A DNA stretch of 64,000 bases from Mytilus edulis (taxonomy: Eukaryota): contig NC_092348.1 of assembly GCF_963676685.1 (NCBI RefSeq), forward strand, positions 26,040,001 to 26,104,000. The letters are read 5' to 3'. The notes beneath the pieces are model-generated. The model saw nothing but the letters and a program-made list of their open reading frames with translations, was not told where the DNA came from and did not search any database. How positions within the stretch are numbered: position 1 is the first letter of the stretch; every line of letters begins with the position of its first letter. Made by a program: the position numbers and the translations under genes. Below are positions 1-13,749 of the stretch, piece by piece.

Positions 1-434
1 GGAGTTTAGTATGGTGTTCATTATCACTGAAATAGTATATATTTGTTTAGGGGCCAGCTGACGAACGACTCCGGGTGAGGGAATTTCTCATTGCATTGAA
101 GACCTGTTGGTGACCTTCTGCTGTTGTCTGCTCTATGGTCGGGTTGTTGTCTCTTTGGCACATTCCCCATTTCCATTCTCAATTTTATTTTTATACCTTT
201 GTTTGCCAACGATTTAAAAATGTGGATGTGTGTAACTTTTTTGTTTACTGAAATCATGTGTTTATTTATTTATAGATGATATAGTCAATTATGGTAGTAA
301 TTTCTTTAGATTATATATATTACAAATATAAAGAACAACATTAGAAAATGCTTGAAAGAACTTCAGGCTATTAATTTAATCTAGATATAAAGAAACCATC
401 ATAATTGATTGCAACTTTTTTGCTTTTTTTGCAG

Positions 435-534
435 ACTGTTAGAAGATCTATTGAACAAATATAAATCACAGATGAAGTTTCAAATGATGTGCTTCTATGG
501 AGATAGTCTTCTTAGAAATTCTGTATCAGCATAA
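435..534 (+). CDS. Probable terminal coding exon of a gene starting left of the window (product unknown)
   Basis: Strong acceptor ttttttgcag|A at 435. The phase-2 frame reads LLEDLLNKYKSQMKFQMMCFYGDSLLRNSVSA* (TAA 532-534); the other two frames close quickly. Confidence 0.4.
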
Positions 535-834
535 AATTGTGTGAAGCAAAACTTTATAGACATGATGATATGTTATGATTAAAGTGGATCTAAATATTTG
601 ATGTTTCACTCAGAACAAAATAGTGTTTAGGATTATTACATGTGATGCCAGAAAAACAATATTTTCGTACTGGTATGTCAGAGAATGTGACAGAAACCTT
701 TTAAAGGTTTTATAAATGGAAACAAAAATTTATAGTGCAACTAATGAATAGACAACCAATAGGAATATTGCAATGGTTCATGGTTAGAAATGACAGAAAA
801 TGTCTTTATATCTTATATAGTGCTTACATAACTG

Positions 835-942
835 ATGTATGATTATGATGATTATGATTGTATCATGATTATGATGATTATGATTGAATCATGATTATGA
901 TGATATCATGATTGAATCATGATTATGATGATATCATGATTA
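835..942. repeat. (ATG/ATT)-rich minisatellite, ~26-bp unit
   Basis: Repeated atgattatgatgat(t/a)(a/tca)tgattgaatc units. Confidence 0.8.
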
Positions 943-1145
943 TAAGTTGCCAATTTTCAGGTTTTTACATATGATAGATTAGTTGTTAAAATTGGGTTAA
1001 TTCTTAGTTACTGGTCTAATATGTCTTGTTGAAGTTTGTGAAGAATACAGTTATACTGGCACAAAGTTTACATGTATCATTTATTTAGTTATGAATTAAG
1101 CCATGATATTTATCCCAATAATAAGAGTTGGCATTTATTGAAGTA

Positions 1146-1306
1146 CAGTGAAACCTGTTTTAAGAGAACACTTAGGGAGAACAATACATTGGTCTCTTAT
1201 GACAGGTGGTCTTTTAAAACAGGTTCAAACTATATGAAATGTACTACAGAATGTTCTAAAATGTATGGTCTTATAACACAGGTGGTCTCTAAAGCAGGTT
1301 TGACTG
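1146..1306. mobile_element. Tc1/mariner-pogo-type MITE
   Basis: TIRs CAGTGAAACCTG...CAGGTTTGACTG; TA on the left flank, right flank degenerate. Confidence 0.65.
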
Positions 1307-2459
1307 TTTATTAATAAAGTTCATTTTAACCTTTTATTTTCAATTAAAGGAATGAATATGCATGTAATAATTCTGAATTTACGATATGAACATCAAAAGA
1401 AATTTCTGTAATATAAGTCTTGTAAAGGCGATATCTTATGTATGCTCACCTTGGGCTTATGTTTGAGGATCGGATGATAAGTCTCGAATAAACACGATTG
1501 AAACTAAATATTACCCAAAACATATGATATGTGTAAATAATACAATTAAGAGATATTGAAGTAGACTTAAAAATATTATCTCATTGTTCAACATTATAAA
1601 GTTTATTTTGCAGATTAATTTAATTGTTTGATTTATATGTTTTGCATTGTTAATGTATTTTGCCTGTGGTGCATCTAAAATATGTGCAATATATTTATTA
1701 AAGTCTTTTATAACACCAGTTGTCTTGTGTTTGTTTAAGCATGTTATAACACCTACCTGTATTGTCTTACAGCATTTTGTAAAAAAAAATGTAGAGCTTT
1801 TTTGATGCACTAAATTCTGCAATTTAAACATTTTTCTTGCCAGATCTGCTAAATGTAAGAAATGTATGTACAATTCCAAGGACAGAAGAGTAATTAACCC
1901 AGGCACTACCAGAGACACTACAAAATTAAGACTGCAACCAAATGAAAAAAATTAACCCTATATAACTATTATAAACTATTCAAGACAAACAGTCAACAAA
2001 TAAAGACTGAAATAGATAGGTAGTTATATGCCAACACAGGAGTATTAGAAGACTTATGTTAACACAGGAGTATCAGAAACCAGGATGGTATCTCACTTAT
2101 TCAATAATCAGAAGGCTATGCTGTAAGTAACTCTAGATAACATACAGGTCCATACTGATGTCATGGATGTTTTCACTTTATTTTATCAGAAAAAACAATC
2201 CATTGATGCTTAAAGAGAAATTATTGAATATTTGATTAATTAATTCTGTAATCAAAGTATATAGGAAGATGTGGTGTGAGTGCCAATGAGACAACTCGCC
2301 ATCCAAATAACAATATGTTCATTTAATTTTAAAGATCTGTAAACATGCTTCACTTATTTAATGGATGCATAGTTTATTTCAATTTAGATTGAAATAATTT
2401 CAATGTAGGCACAAACCTTCCACTTTTGCCTATCTAATTAGCCACATGTTGTTAAAAAA

Positions 2460-4480
2460 AAAGAGTTGCCGAAAAGGTTACCAACTACTTGAGTAAGAGC
2501 TACCAACAAGGCTACCTATTACTTGTACAAGAGCAAGAGCTACCAACAGCGTTAACAATAACTTGAACAAGAGCTAACAACATGGTTACCAAGTACTTGA
2601 ACAAGAGCTACCAACCGGGTAACCAATTATTTGAACAGGATCTACCAACAGGGTTACCAACAACTTGAACAAGAGCAACAAACAGCTTACCAATTTTGTG
2701 ACCAAGAGCTACCAACAGGGGTTACCAATTACTTGATCAAGAGCTACCAACAGGGGTTACCAATTACTTGATCAAGAGCTAACAACAGGGGTTACCAATT
2801 ACTTGATCAAGAGCTACCAACAGGGGTTACCAATTACTTGATCAAGAGCTACCAACAGGGTAACAAATTACTTGATCAAGAGCTACCAAATACGTTACCA
2901 ATTACTTGAACAAGAGCTAACTACCAGGTTACCAATTATTTGAACAAGAGCTACCAACAGGGGTAACCAATCACTTGATCAAGGGCTGCAAAATGGGTTA
3001 CCAACTACTTGAACAAGAGCTACATTCAGGGTAAACCAAAAAGTTGTGCATAACTTTTCCAAGAGCTACCAATATGGTTAACAACTACACGAATAAGAGC
3101 GACCAACAAGGTTACCAACTACTTGAACAAGAGCTTGCAACAGAGATACAGATAACTTGAACAAGAGCAACTAATAAGGTTACTTATTACTTGATTAAGG
3201 GCTACCAACTGGGTTACCAACTACTTGACCAAGAGCTACCAACAGCAGGCGCGTAGCTCCCTATACGCTAACACGCAGTTGCGTGCACATCGATTCGGCA
3301 TGCAAAAAAAAATGGCAAAATAAAAATTTATAAATTGAATGTTAAAGGAAACACCTATGTTGTCACTTTTTTAATTGATGAAATATCATTAAAGAACGGC
3401 ATTTGGTTTCAAAATAAAAGTTTTATTGGAGGTTATGACAAAATCGGACAGTAACTTGTATCTCAGTTTACAAGATTTAAATTTGTAATACTCAGCCTAA
3501 GACATGTAGTTTTGGAGCAAATTTTACAATGTACGATTCATCAGTTTGGAATGAGATGTACCAATAATTAGAATTATCAGAACCCTTCGATATTGTTGAA
3601 AATATGCAGAGGCGTTGTGGTCGACAGGCTACCAGAGCCAATCACCCTCATGACCCTGCAAACACGCCAAAACAGTATTTGAAAGTCTCATTATATTTTG
3701 CTTCATATACCATATGATAAGGGAACTAGAGACTGAGTGGAGTCGCGTCTAGTATAATCAGAAAAATCGCTTCTTTGCGCTGTATCTGCTTCGTCGTGTT
3801 GTGGGAAATATAATAAACGAACAAATCTCAACATTGTCTTAGATATACGAAACTGACCTGGCATGTAATTTTGACAAATTCAATTGGGAGGTTGCGAGTC
3901 GATGACGAACACGTACGCTGGTTAATAACATATCACGAGTGCTGCCATGGAGATCTATCAGTTTAAGTACGTATATGTTGAAAACAAATGTACGATCAAC
4001 AATGTGAACAACGGCAGTTACTAGCATTACTGCATATTCATTGGGATTTCAGTGAAAGTAATAGAGAAGTTTGTCTCTGCCTAGACCCACAGAGCATATT
4101 GTGGACAATTTTGAGTAAATTCAGATTTTGGCCAATTTTGAGTAAATTCACAAAATATGTGTTGTTTATGTATTACTCTATTCAGAAGATTTATTAATAG
4201 TTTTACATTCATAAATGTTTTATAAGTCCTATCGACATAATATAGCTCCTCTTTTAACCGTTCTATGACCGAAAACCGAAAAAAAAAATTCTGCATAAAA
4301 GGGTCCCAAATATTTTTCGCCTCGCTCCGCTCGCCGGTAGTTGCTTGCACATCGTTTCATTCTAGCTACGCCCCTGAACAGGGTTACCAATTACTTGAAC
4401 AAGAGCTACATTCAGGGTAAACCAACAAGTTGTGCATAACTTGACCAAGAGCTACCAACATGGTTACCAATTACTTGACC
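2460..4480. repeat. ~31-33-bp minisatellite (ttaccaattacttgaacaagagctaccaacaggg), interrupted by a hAT element
   Basis: More than 20 adjacent diverged units at ~2460-3245, resuming at 4377-4480. Confidence 0.9.
3246..4376 (+). mobile_element. Internally deleted hAT DNA transposon (P52rIPK/THAP12-like transposase relic) with 5-bp TSD
   Basis: TIRs CAGGCGCGTAGCT...AGCTACGCCCCTG; TSD aacag (3241-3245 and 4377-4381). Internal stop/frameshift-broken peptides RRCGRQATRANHP..TPKQYLKVSLY and LKTNVRSTM..LALLHIH match the hAT C-terminal/dimerization region. Confidence 0.85.
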
Positions 4481-4571
4481 AAATAAATAAAGTAATAGAC
4501 AATACATATACAAGTTGGAAGACATGAGTAAAAGTAATTTAAAAGGTGTAATATTTTTAATTGTATAATTA

Positions 4572-7500
4572 TTAATCATCATCATCTATTGATTTGATAG
4601 TCATCAACAGCTGTCTGAGAGGTTGTTTTGGTGTAGAGGTGCACAGTAAACCTTCCTCAAAATCAAAAGGTATATGATACTTGTCTTTGAGAGGTGTGTG
4701 AAATTCACTAGGTTTTGAAACTTTCTCCTCCTTTTTTGTAGTATGGCGTTCATTTGAATCTTCCATAGAAGCACTTGTAACTAAAGCTTTGTTTTCATGA
4801 AGATGATCTTCTTTGTTCATTTCACAATCTTTGGAGAGATCTTTTCCTGTTAAAAGAATAACATTTTAGTATAATAATTCAAATTCATCAATAAGTGGAT
4901 TTTTTTTCAGGTCATCTTGACCTAGCCAATTATTTTATATATTGTTCAATTATAAACATTATAAAACTAAAGATCAATCTGGTAACTTTGCTTGTGCACA
5001 CTGCTTTTTTCTTTTGTATCAAACTTTGAATAGATCTATGCCTCACTGCCAATCATGTTAAAGGTATGATTTGCATAGTCAAACCAATTTGGTCACATTG
5101 AAAGACATTTTAGAGAATCGTTAGTACAATTTATTTGGAAAAAAGATGGGACTTATAGCGCCAGCTTTGTAATCAAAATGTATATGATTATTGCCAATTT
5201 TGGCGACAAATAATTCAACCCTAGTGAACTGGTAAAAAAAATCAGAGACGGTGCCTTTGCAGTGGTCGTATTAAATTCACTTTTGAAATAAACCCCTCTA
5301 AAGACTCTTTCTTGACAAGGATTTAGTTATTTGGCAACAGTATCGTGGCTCACTTCTCTTATGTTTCTTTTCATTTTAACACCACCAATACTATTATTTT
5401 CTAAGGAATCGGTACAGTCCACTAAGTTTTTCACAAAAATGAGCTGTTCAGAAAATAAATTAGGCGAAGTCATAAATCTGTCGCGAAATTTGGCTATATA
5501 CGATGTCGACACCAAAACATCCTCTTGTGATGGTTTTCTCAAATGTCTCCTGTATGCATTATGCCGCCCAGGAACATGCCGTCCGTTCCCTATAAGCTGA
5601 CTTTTGAAAATACGTTGAATTTTACTGAAACAATTTACTTTGTTATTTCCTTGTGTATATCAAATAAAATTTGACTTTATTGTGACCTTTGTACATGCAC
5701 TGCATGTTGTTGTATTTCAATTACACGGAAGCTCAATATTACATTCTAGTACGTCATATCTGAAATATTTATATTTGAGGCAGATAGTAAACACAAGATG
5801 GCCCGAGATAAACAAGCTTGAATTAAATAATGTTTTAGTAATACATTTGGTTCTCTGCTTCCTTGAATAAATTAATACCTGTCGTTTTCCGCCGCCTTCT
5901 TTTCCATTTGAAGAAGACAACAGTGACCACAATAATAATAAACAGGAACACCAAACATCCTGCAATTATTCCCGCCAAAACAGGTGTAGAGAGTAGTTCA
6001 GTAGTTGTCTGCTGACGATTACAAATGTTCTCATCGCTGTTGTCGCCACAGTTGTCAATTGTGTTGCAAAGATCGGTGTCCTGAATGCATCCGGAGTTAG
6101 CACATGTGTACTCGTATGGGCCACATCCTACAAAAGTTTAAAAAAAAAAACATGATAAAGATAAAAGATGGAGTTGTTAGCAAACAATGTAAAAGATTAA
6201 CCTAAAACTTATCATCATTAGATAAAAGCACAATGTTTGTACAATGATATATATATTCATAAATGTCTCCCGGGTCGAAATACCATAAATAATAGGACTC
6301 TTTCGAGATATAAATCCTCCATAGGCGGATCCAGGGGGCTGGGGGCCGGCCCCCTTTCCACGCCGGAGAAAATAAAATTGGTTAATTATATAGGTAATCA
6401 CTGAATGGGACTGGAGCCCCCCTTTATGAGTGGGTCCGCCACTGTTAAGACTCATACCTCGCTACGATATTACCATATTTATGGATCCATATCTCCCAAA
6501 ACAGATTCTTTATCCCTATTCCAATTTGACTTACAAATCGCTGAAACTGTTTCCCAAGCATTAGAATGAACTAATCAAAACTCTTCTGACCGATTTCAGT
6601 CTTCGTGCTTCTTTTAGAGCCTTTATGAAAATAAGACAATTTGGAATAATTGCTATTGAGACATCTATCTGTTCATCAGAGACGTACAAGTAGAAGTTAC
6701 TGTAGGTATCGTACGGCCTTCAACGATGAACAACACCCATACCACATATCAGAGACATATATTTACGTGTATGTCTCTGCACATATTAAGCTATATATAA
6801 AACTACAAATTAATGTATTTTTAACAATTCAAACGAGAACTCTAGCGGGAAGAATTATGTGCCAAAAAATAAAAATGATAAACAATATAAACAGCGACAA
6901 CTACTGAATTGCTAGCTCCTGACTTGGGATAGACGCATACGGAATGTGCCGGGGTTAAACGAGTTTGCGCCCCCTAAATACCCAAAGGCAAGTTTTGTCC
7001 CTGAAAAAAAAATGAACACGATGTTTTATTAAGGTATGTCTAAGTTAACACATGTTAAGTGACAAGTCAGTCATGTGTCTTAACCTGGGACTGTGGTGTA
7101 ATAGCACCATTAGAACAAAATTGTATAAATCATTGACAATCATACCACATCTCCTTATTTTTATAACATATAGCATGAGTTAAATAGGGCTTAACTCATC
7201 AGATCGATACAAATCCGATTATCGCTGAAAGCTATTTTAAACCCAGTAAAATTTCATGTAAACAAATTATAAAAATCATGAATCTAAGACAAAAATATTA
7301 GAATACATCCAACTTCCAGTAGATTTAGTGTAAATATTGCTCTTTTCGGATGGTATTGTATGGCAGTAGGAATACGAGTCAGAGGAGTCAGATATAAATC
7401 AAACTTTTTATTGCCATATAAACCAACTTATACGATTTGTGACAAAAACAACATTAACATAATGACAATAAAAACGCATGTACAGACAGTATAATCTTAT

Positions 7501-8518
7501 TAAACAAACTAATGAAAATAGTTCAAAATTCAATTATGAGTCCCCTATCCTTAGTTCCAATGACTTTTTTTTTTATAAAGGAACCTATGCTTTCTACCTG
7601 CTTTTGTGTTGATGGGGAAAAAATATTTATCATCAAGATTTCATTTTCTTTGAGGGTATTAAAATTTTCTATACTTTTAGCCTTTGTTAATTTTTCAATA
7701 AAAACTGGTCTAATGGAAGCGTTTTTCGTGCAATACAAAAGAAAATGTTTTTCATCCTCAATTGTATTGCAGGACTGACAGAACCGGTTTTCCTAGCTAT
7801 TTTTAGATGTCTCCCTTTTTTTATAATAAATTATGATAATTTAATCTTAATTTAGTGATATTACGTCTATTTTCAAATATATTTGAATTCAGATATGTTT
7901 CTATTTTATATACTTTGTTTTAATGTTTTATATAATAGACGTTTACTGTTACTATTTTCTCAAATTTATGTTTATATACTTTTTTCATAATGATTAAGGA
8001 GTTTAATTTTTAATTCAGTTTTAAGTGTTTTTATTTGGTTTAGATTCTTACACTCCTCAATATGCTTAAAATCTACATTTGCTTCCTTTGCAATGTTTTT
8101 TTTATATACGTATTTACGGTAAACCATGTGTAATATCCTGCTGAGTCTAGATTCTTTGATAGAGTGAAAGCCTCATAAAATAAGGGATTTATACAATTAT
8201 ACCCAAAAAACGATAATACGTGTGTTTCTATATATGCAATAACTCAAACGGCTCGAAATCGTTCCCATGAACCTATAAATAAGTTAATCCGAAACAATCA
8301 AAGATCTACCAATAACATCAAATATAAACTAACAAATAAAAAACACACAAAAGATATAACTTTGAAGACTGTACACATATGTTTCTGACATTTACAACCG
8401 CCATACATACCTGTCCGACATAGGGTCTCTCTTGTAACACATGTATACGGGGAACATAGTTTGTAATCTGTCGGATTAATTTCACACTTTGTTAAATTTT
8501 TCCCATTCTCCATTTTAC
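4572..8518 (-). CDS. LDL-receptor class A domain-containing single-pass membrane protein (5' end unresolved, possibly disrupted)
   Basis: Phase-1 GT-AG exons: 8518-8411 (KMENGKNLTKCEINPTDYKLCSPYTCVTRETLCRT) and 6127-5879 (CGPYEYTCANSGCIQDTDLCNTIDNCGDNSDENIC = LDLa with DxSDE, then TM VLAGIIAGCLVFLFIIIVVTVVFF and stop-transfer KWKRRRRK). In-frame terminal exon 4846-4572 (GKDLSKDCEMNKED...IDDDD*); alternative short terminal exon at 5759 (DMTY*). Confidence 0.7.
6320..6444. mobile_element. Short GC-rich MITE (CAxxGGCGGATCC termini family)
   Basis: cataggcggatcc...gggtccgccactg; related to the host element at 32129-32948. Confidence 0.6.
7400..7815 (-). mobile_element. 5'-truncated non-LTR retrotransposon 3' end
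   Basis: Minus strand reads RFCQSCNTIEDEKHFLLYCTKN, the C-x2-C..H..C knuckle typical of LINE ORF2 C-termini, followed by a short UTR with aataaa near 7405. Confidence 0.7.
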
Positions 8519-9040
8519 CTGAAATAGAATTTAAAAAGGTTCAAGTTGTTTATATTTTTCTTTAAATACAGTATTTAATTTGGTACATAGGGATTGCTTC
8601 TATTGTCAAATATCTGTGGTTTATGTTTACTTTTTATATGAAATAATTACATAACACAGTGAACATGTTGAATGAGTTTTTTATGTGGTTTTACAAAATG
8701 TAGTTCATTGAAATAAAAATCAATTCTTTTGTTAAATGTTAAATAAAAACTCAGAAAAACTGTTATATCATTTAACCCTTTCTCCATAAGAGAATCAAAG
8801 TACCTATCAATTCACACTGCCCTTGTGACAGTTGAAGGCATATTTTTCGTCTTGTCCTTTACAGTCAGTTAACTTTTTCAGCGATTTTTTTTTATAAGAT
8901 TAGCACATGCAGTATGCTTATTCATTTTAGTTTAACTTATGCGCGGTTGTTGAAAGATTGAAAATTTCAATTAGAAAATTGTGAACCTTCGGCAGTAAGT
9001 AATTTGATCACATGCATAAGATAGTTCTGTGATTTCGAAC

Positions 9041-9211
9041 TGCTGAAAATACATATTGGCCAGAATGATCTTCGCATTGCTGAAAATACATATTGGTCAG
9101 AATGATCTTCGCATTGCTGAAAATACATATTGGTCAGAATGATCTTCGCATTGCTGAAAATACATATTGGTCAGAATGATCTTCGCACTGCTGGGATATA
9201 CATATTGGTCA
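9041..9211. repeat. 37-bp tandem repeat, ~4.5 copies
   Basis: tgctgaaaatacatattggtcagaatgatcttcgcat repeated nearly identically. Confidence 0.95.
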
Positions 9212-10139
9212 AAATATTGACAAGAAAATTAGTACACGAACTCGTTACAATAAGTATAATCAATCTGAATGAGACATTGATTAAAATTGTGAATTGAGAT
9301 GGGGAATATTCCAAAGAGACCACAACCCGACCAAGGGGCAGAACACAGCCGACGCCACTAATGCGTCTTCAACAGAACGAGAAAATGCCAGAGGCGGACT
9401 TCAGCTGTCCCCTAAACAAAAATGTGTACTAGTTCAGTAAAAATGGACGTCAAACTAAATTCCTAAATATACAAATGATTGTTTACTCTTCTTTCGCTTA
9501 CAAGTAAAGTCGGGTTCGACCTCCCTTACTATCTCAGTTATTGTTTGTGTATGCAATTTACATCGAAAGCCAAATACGTCAAACGTTGGAGATAATAACA
9601 AATAAAAGATTATCAACAAAACAATCAACTATCTATAAGGTCAATTTAAAGTTAAAGCATAATTATGAATTCTTATACTCGAATAAATTTCACATCAAAT
9701 GTATCATTTTTATAAACTCTTTTTAAAATGTGCAAAAAACGATTTTGTATATGTCACGCTTACGTTCTAATTCCATATAAAAAACATACACAGATAAAAA
9801 TATTTTCTAATTTAGTTAATCAAACATTAAATTAAACCATATATTCCATTATAATAGTTTAACATTAAAGTCCGTGTAATTTAGATACAAAATGTATTAA
9901 TTTTTTAAAACATAACCGCTTGCGGAGAAAACTGATTTGCTATATATCATGTAAAATATTGCTTTACGTGGTCATCTAGTTCAAATGTTATATATCTGGT
10001 AACATACGTAGATAATAATGATTACTAATTTAGTTATTCAAACATTAAATTAAACGATATATGCGATTTAAATAGGTTAACATTAAAGCCCGTGTATTAT
10101 AAATGAACGCTTAAATTCAAATTTTAAAGTTTAACTTAC

Positions 10140-10428
10140 CAAGACCCAAAGAACCTCCGATAATCGTCTTTTACATCAAAAATATTTATAAAACTGGCCT
10201 GAGGATAGATTTTCGTGACCTAGCTGTAATAAGTTCGGACAGGTATTTGAAATTCCAGTCTACATAAATCTACATCAATCTTATTTTCCATATCATTTAA
10301 TGTCAACATGATATCTTAACATAGGACAACGTCTTCACATTGAAGTTTATCTACCGTCTGTGTATCGGTCATGTTTAGTTTGCTTATATTAGGCATATTT
10401 ACATTCGGACAGTCAAGTAGGCCAGTGT
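10140..10428 (-). pseudogene. Disrupted or non-coding upstream exon of the LDLa-TM gene
   Basis: Acceptor cattcag|A (10428) and donor G|gtaagt (10140). The Cys-containing phase-1 frame DTGLLDCPNVNMPN...LQCEDVVLC* has stops at 10316-10318 and 10220-10222, and the 289-nt length breaks phase. Confidence 0.4.
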
Positions 10429-12579
10429 CTGAATGCGATATATGAAACAATTATATCAGTATAGTTATTTACAGGTTTGAACCCTTGATTTTGTTTTAGA
10501 TGTTGCATTAAATAAGACATTTTAATATAATATTTCATTTGTGTATTTTGTTTCTGTTGAAATATTCAGAATAAGTAAACTAATTCGGCAAAAAAATACT
10601 AGTTTTAAACTCACAGTTCAGCAACAAAAGTCAATATTGGACTTATTCTACGTATGTGGACAATGGTTGGTAGTTTTCTCATTGGCAATCTTACCACATC
10701 TCCTTAATTATTGTTATGTTAATGTTACGTCACACGAAAAGACATTAGCAATTAGTCTTGTTGAGATGATACGATCAATTAGCTATACAGTCTTGTTGAA
10801 GCGAGAATTTCAAATTATTATCATTGCGATTCCAATTTAGATAAGGTTCAACTACATTTATTTAAATTGCATTACGTTCACGACTTAACATAACCTTTTA
10901 TTCCGAACAATCCATCACATTGTTTGAACATGATTCTAAAAGTATTTGTGTACAGCATGTAATAAACACACAAACATTCGGTCAGTATATATATATATGT
11001 ATTATAAATGCTTGAAGTTATTACATGTGCATGCATATAATTTACATAATTATTAAGATAGCACATGCCAACAATCCAATTAAAAGAGGGTCCCTTGTTC
11101 ATGGAAATTAAGAAATTTTAACCAGGCCACCATGGGATGCAGCCGATGCAGAGATAGGCAGTTTTTTTTAATAACTATTTCTAATATAAGAATTTGCTTC
11201 CTTTCGACATGTTGAAATAAGTTTTAAAAAATCATGAATGAACTTATAACTTTCATAATCTCATATTGTTACTAAAATTATGATTATTTGATTATTTCGA
11301 GGGGAATATTTAGAATCCAAATAAAAAATATTTTGTACATTTTTTCTGACTTTAAGAAGCAAAAAACGTGACTTACCGTTTCAGTGTACCTATAGAATTA
11401 TCCTAATGGTGTCAATGGTGACAGTTTGAAAGCCGGAAACTACACCTTGTTAAGCAATTATGAAGTGATCCATGGCCATAGGACATGATACTGTTTAGAG
11501 GTGTCCCGTTTCACAACTATAACTCTAATTGATAACAAATACTGATTTAAATACTTATCTGTCGGCCGGTATGAAACATTTTACTGATTAAAGGTATAAG
11601 TTAATAAGGAGCTTAACGTTAAAAAAAATGAGTAATTACAATTTGTCATACATAATGAACATACTTGCTTTGTTTTTAAATTACATGTTCTTGAATTAAT
11701 TTTCTCTCACCTGGATCTATTCTGAGTCACCGTCTTAAATGTGTGAAAGTTTTTGTTATATTTCATGGGAAACCCACAGTGGATATTATATTCCAGAGAT
11801 CAATGTAATCGTCTATAGAAGGATAAAATTGTATGATGTCATTCAACAATATGTGCACTTTTGGTATGCAGTAGAACATATTAAATCGATGACAAAACAG
11901 TCGAGATGATCAAACCTTTTTTAATCATATGCAGGCCATTTATTGACGAATAGAAGCGATTCGATATATTGTACTCATCTGACCAATTCATGATCGACAA
12001 TATGTGAATTAAACCTTATAAATTGATAACCAATAACATATCATATTCTTTAAATATATTTCAGAGATTATTCCATTGATATCAATAATGCTAATTGATT
12101 GTGTCACAGATGCTTTGACCGGCTTTATTAAAAAAAAGGGGGGGGGGGTGGTGGTAACAAAATATAAGTCGATAAAAATAGACAACACCACGGCTAAAAC
12201 ACAATGATAAAATATGACATTAAAATAGGCTACAAGACACAACTGAGCAACAGAAAGCCCACAAAAAAAACCCCGTAAATGACATCATGTGCTCAAGATG
12301 GGCCAGCAGTTCCTGCTCAACCATAATACCTGTTGTGTAACTTGATTGATTATGATGAAGTATGATCAAATATTCCTGTTCGAAAACCTAATTTTAAATC
12401 AATGCGGAACAAGTAGAAAATAGACACTGACAATTTAAGCATCTCAAATCACACCGTGATTGACGAATAGATAAACGATCAATGTCATATATCAGTGGTA
12501 TTGTCATAAAAGGGTTTTAGATTAGATTATGAGTATATTCGTCGCAGATGTACCGATTTTATGAACATTTTAGTCGAAA

Positions 12580-12895
12580 AACATGTTAAACCCCGCCACA
12601 TTATTTATGTATGTGCCTGTCCCAAGTCAGGAGCCTGTAATTCAGTGGTTGTCGTTTGTTTATGTGTTACATATTTGTTTTTCGTTCATTTTTTTACATA
12701 AATAAGGCCGTTAGTTTTCTCGTTTGAATTGTTAAATACATTGTCTTATCGGGGCCTATTATAGCTGACTATGCGGTATGGGCTTTGCTCATTGTTGAAG
12801 GCCGTACGGCGACCTATAGTTGTTAATGTCTGTGTCATTTTGGTCTTTTGTGGATAGTTGTCTCATTGGCAATCATACCACATCTTCTTTTTTTA
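12580..12895. mobile_element. Abundant unclassified interspersed repeat (other copies at ~30950-31260, 33500-33770, 41850-42150)
   Basis: Shared cctgtcccaagtcaggagcctg core and ttgtctcattggcaatcataccacatctt end, found in several copies on both strands. Confidence 0.75.
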
Positions 12896-13749
12896 TATAT
12901 GGTTTATTTATTGGTCAACTTCGCTTTGAACTATAACAATAAATGAATGCAAGGACTCTTTTTTGCAGTTTTTTTTCGGTTTGCCTAGAACAGATATAAG
13001 GGAACATGCATGTCTGGAGGGGTACACGTTCGGAATTTTTTTTCCTAATTTAAAAGTGAACATGCATATAGAAGAAAATATCAATATCTTGAATAATTTC
13101 TTTTTATCTTTACCGGTAATTTTTATTTGTGATTTTGTCATACTGAAGCTTTATAAAAGGGAAATACAATGACGACAGCAATATACGGCAATTAAGATTT
13201 TATATAATTATAAAAAAAAAAAGATCTGAAACTTGTGAAGTCAGTGAACATTTTACTAGTTGCAGATATAAATCGAAATTCGTATACGTATGATTTCTTG
13301 TTCAATTTAGTAAGCAAATACATATTTATAACATATAGCGTGAAACTTGTGTTTTTCCTCAGCAGCTTTCAATTCATCAAACATCGTCTACAACCTTATC
13401 TTTGGTATGTGTCTATGATGTTTGTTTTTTGGAACACTCAAGGAATTGTATAGTGATAGTTTCACTAGGAAAATCCTTTGAACATTATTGTCACTGCATG
13501 AGCTGGTCAGCTAGTTCCAAAAATAAATGATTCACTAATTTTCACTGAGACAATGAACATTTATTAATTAACTCCTCAACAATCGTCAACATGAAGAAAA
13601 ACACTATCTAGTTTTTAGTTTTCTTTGTTTCGGGCCTGTTTTGTATTCTGTTGTTTGTTTTTAAAATTTTCCCGTCTTTTACCATAATGGTGTCAGTTTG
13701 TCATGTGTCTACAACGAGTTTGACTATATCTACAGTTCTAAACATAATG

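Noticed and set aside
1511-1918. Longest ORF in the track (135 aa, minus strand)
   Set aside because: AT-rich composition, no recognisable domain and no convincing splice context.
2460-4480. ~32-bp repeats resembling a CRISPR array
   Set aside because: Units are directly adjacent with no unique spacers, there are no cas genes, and the context is eukaryotic. It is a minisatellite.
9041-9211. 37-bp repeats of CRISPR-like length
   Set aside because: Head-to-tail tandem copies without spacers.
10140-10428. Selenocysteine or readthrough explanation for the in-frame stops
   Set aside because: The stops are TAA and TAG, not TGA, and the exon length also breaks phase.
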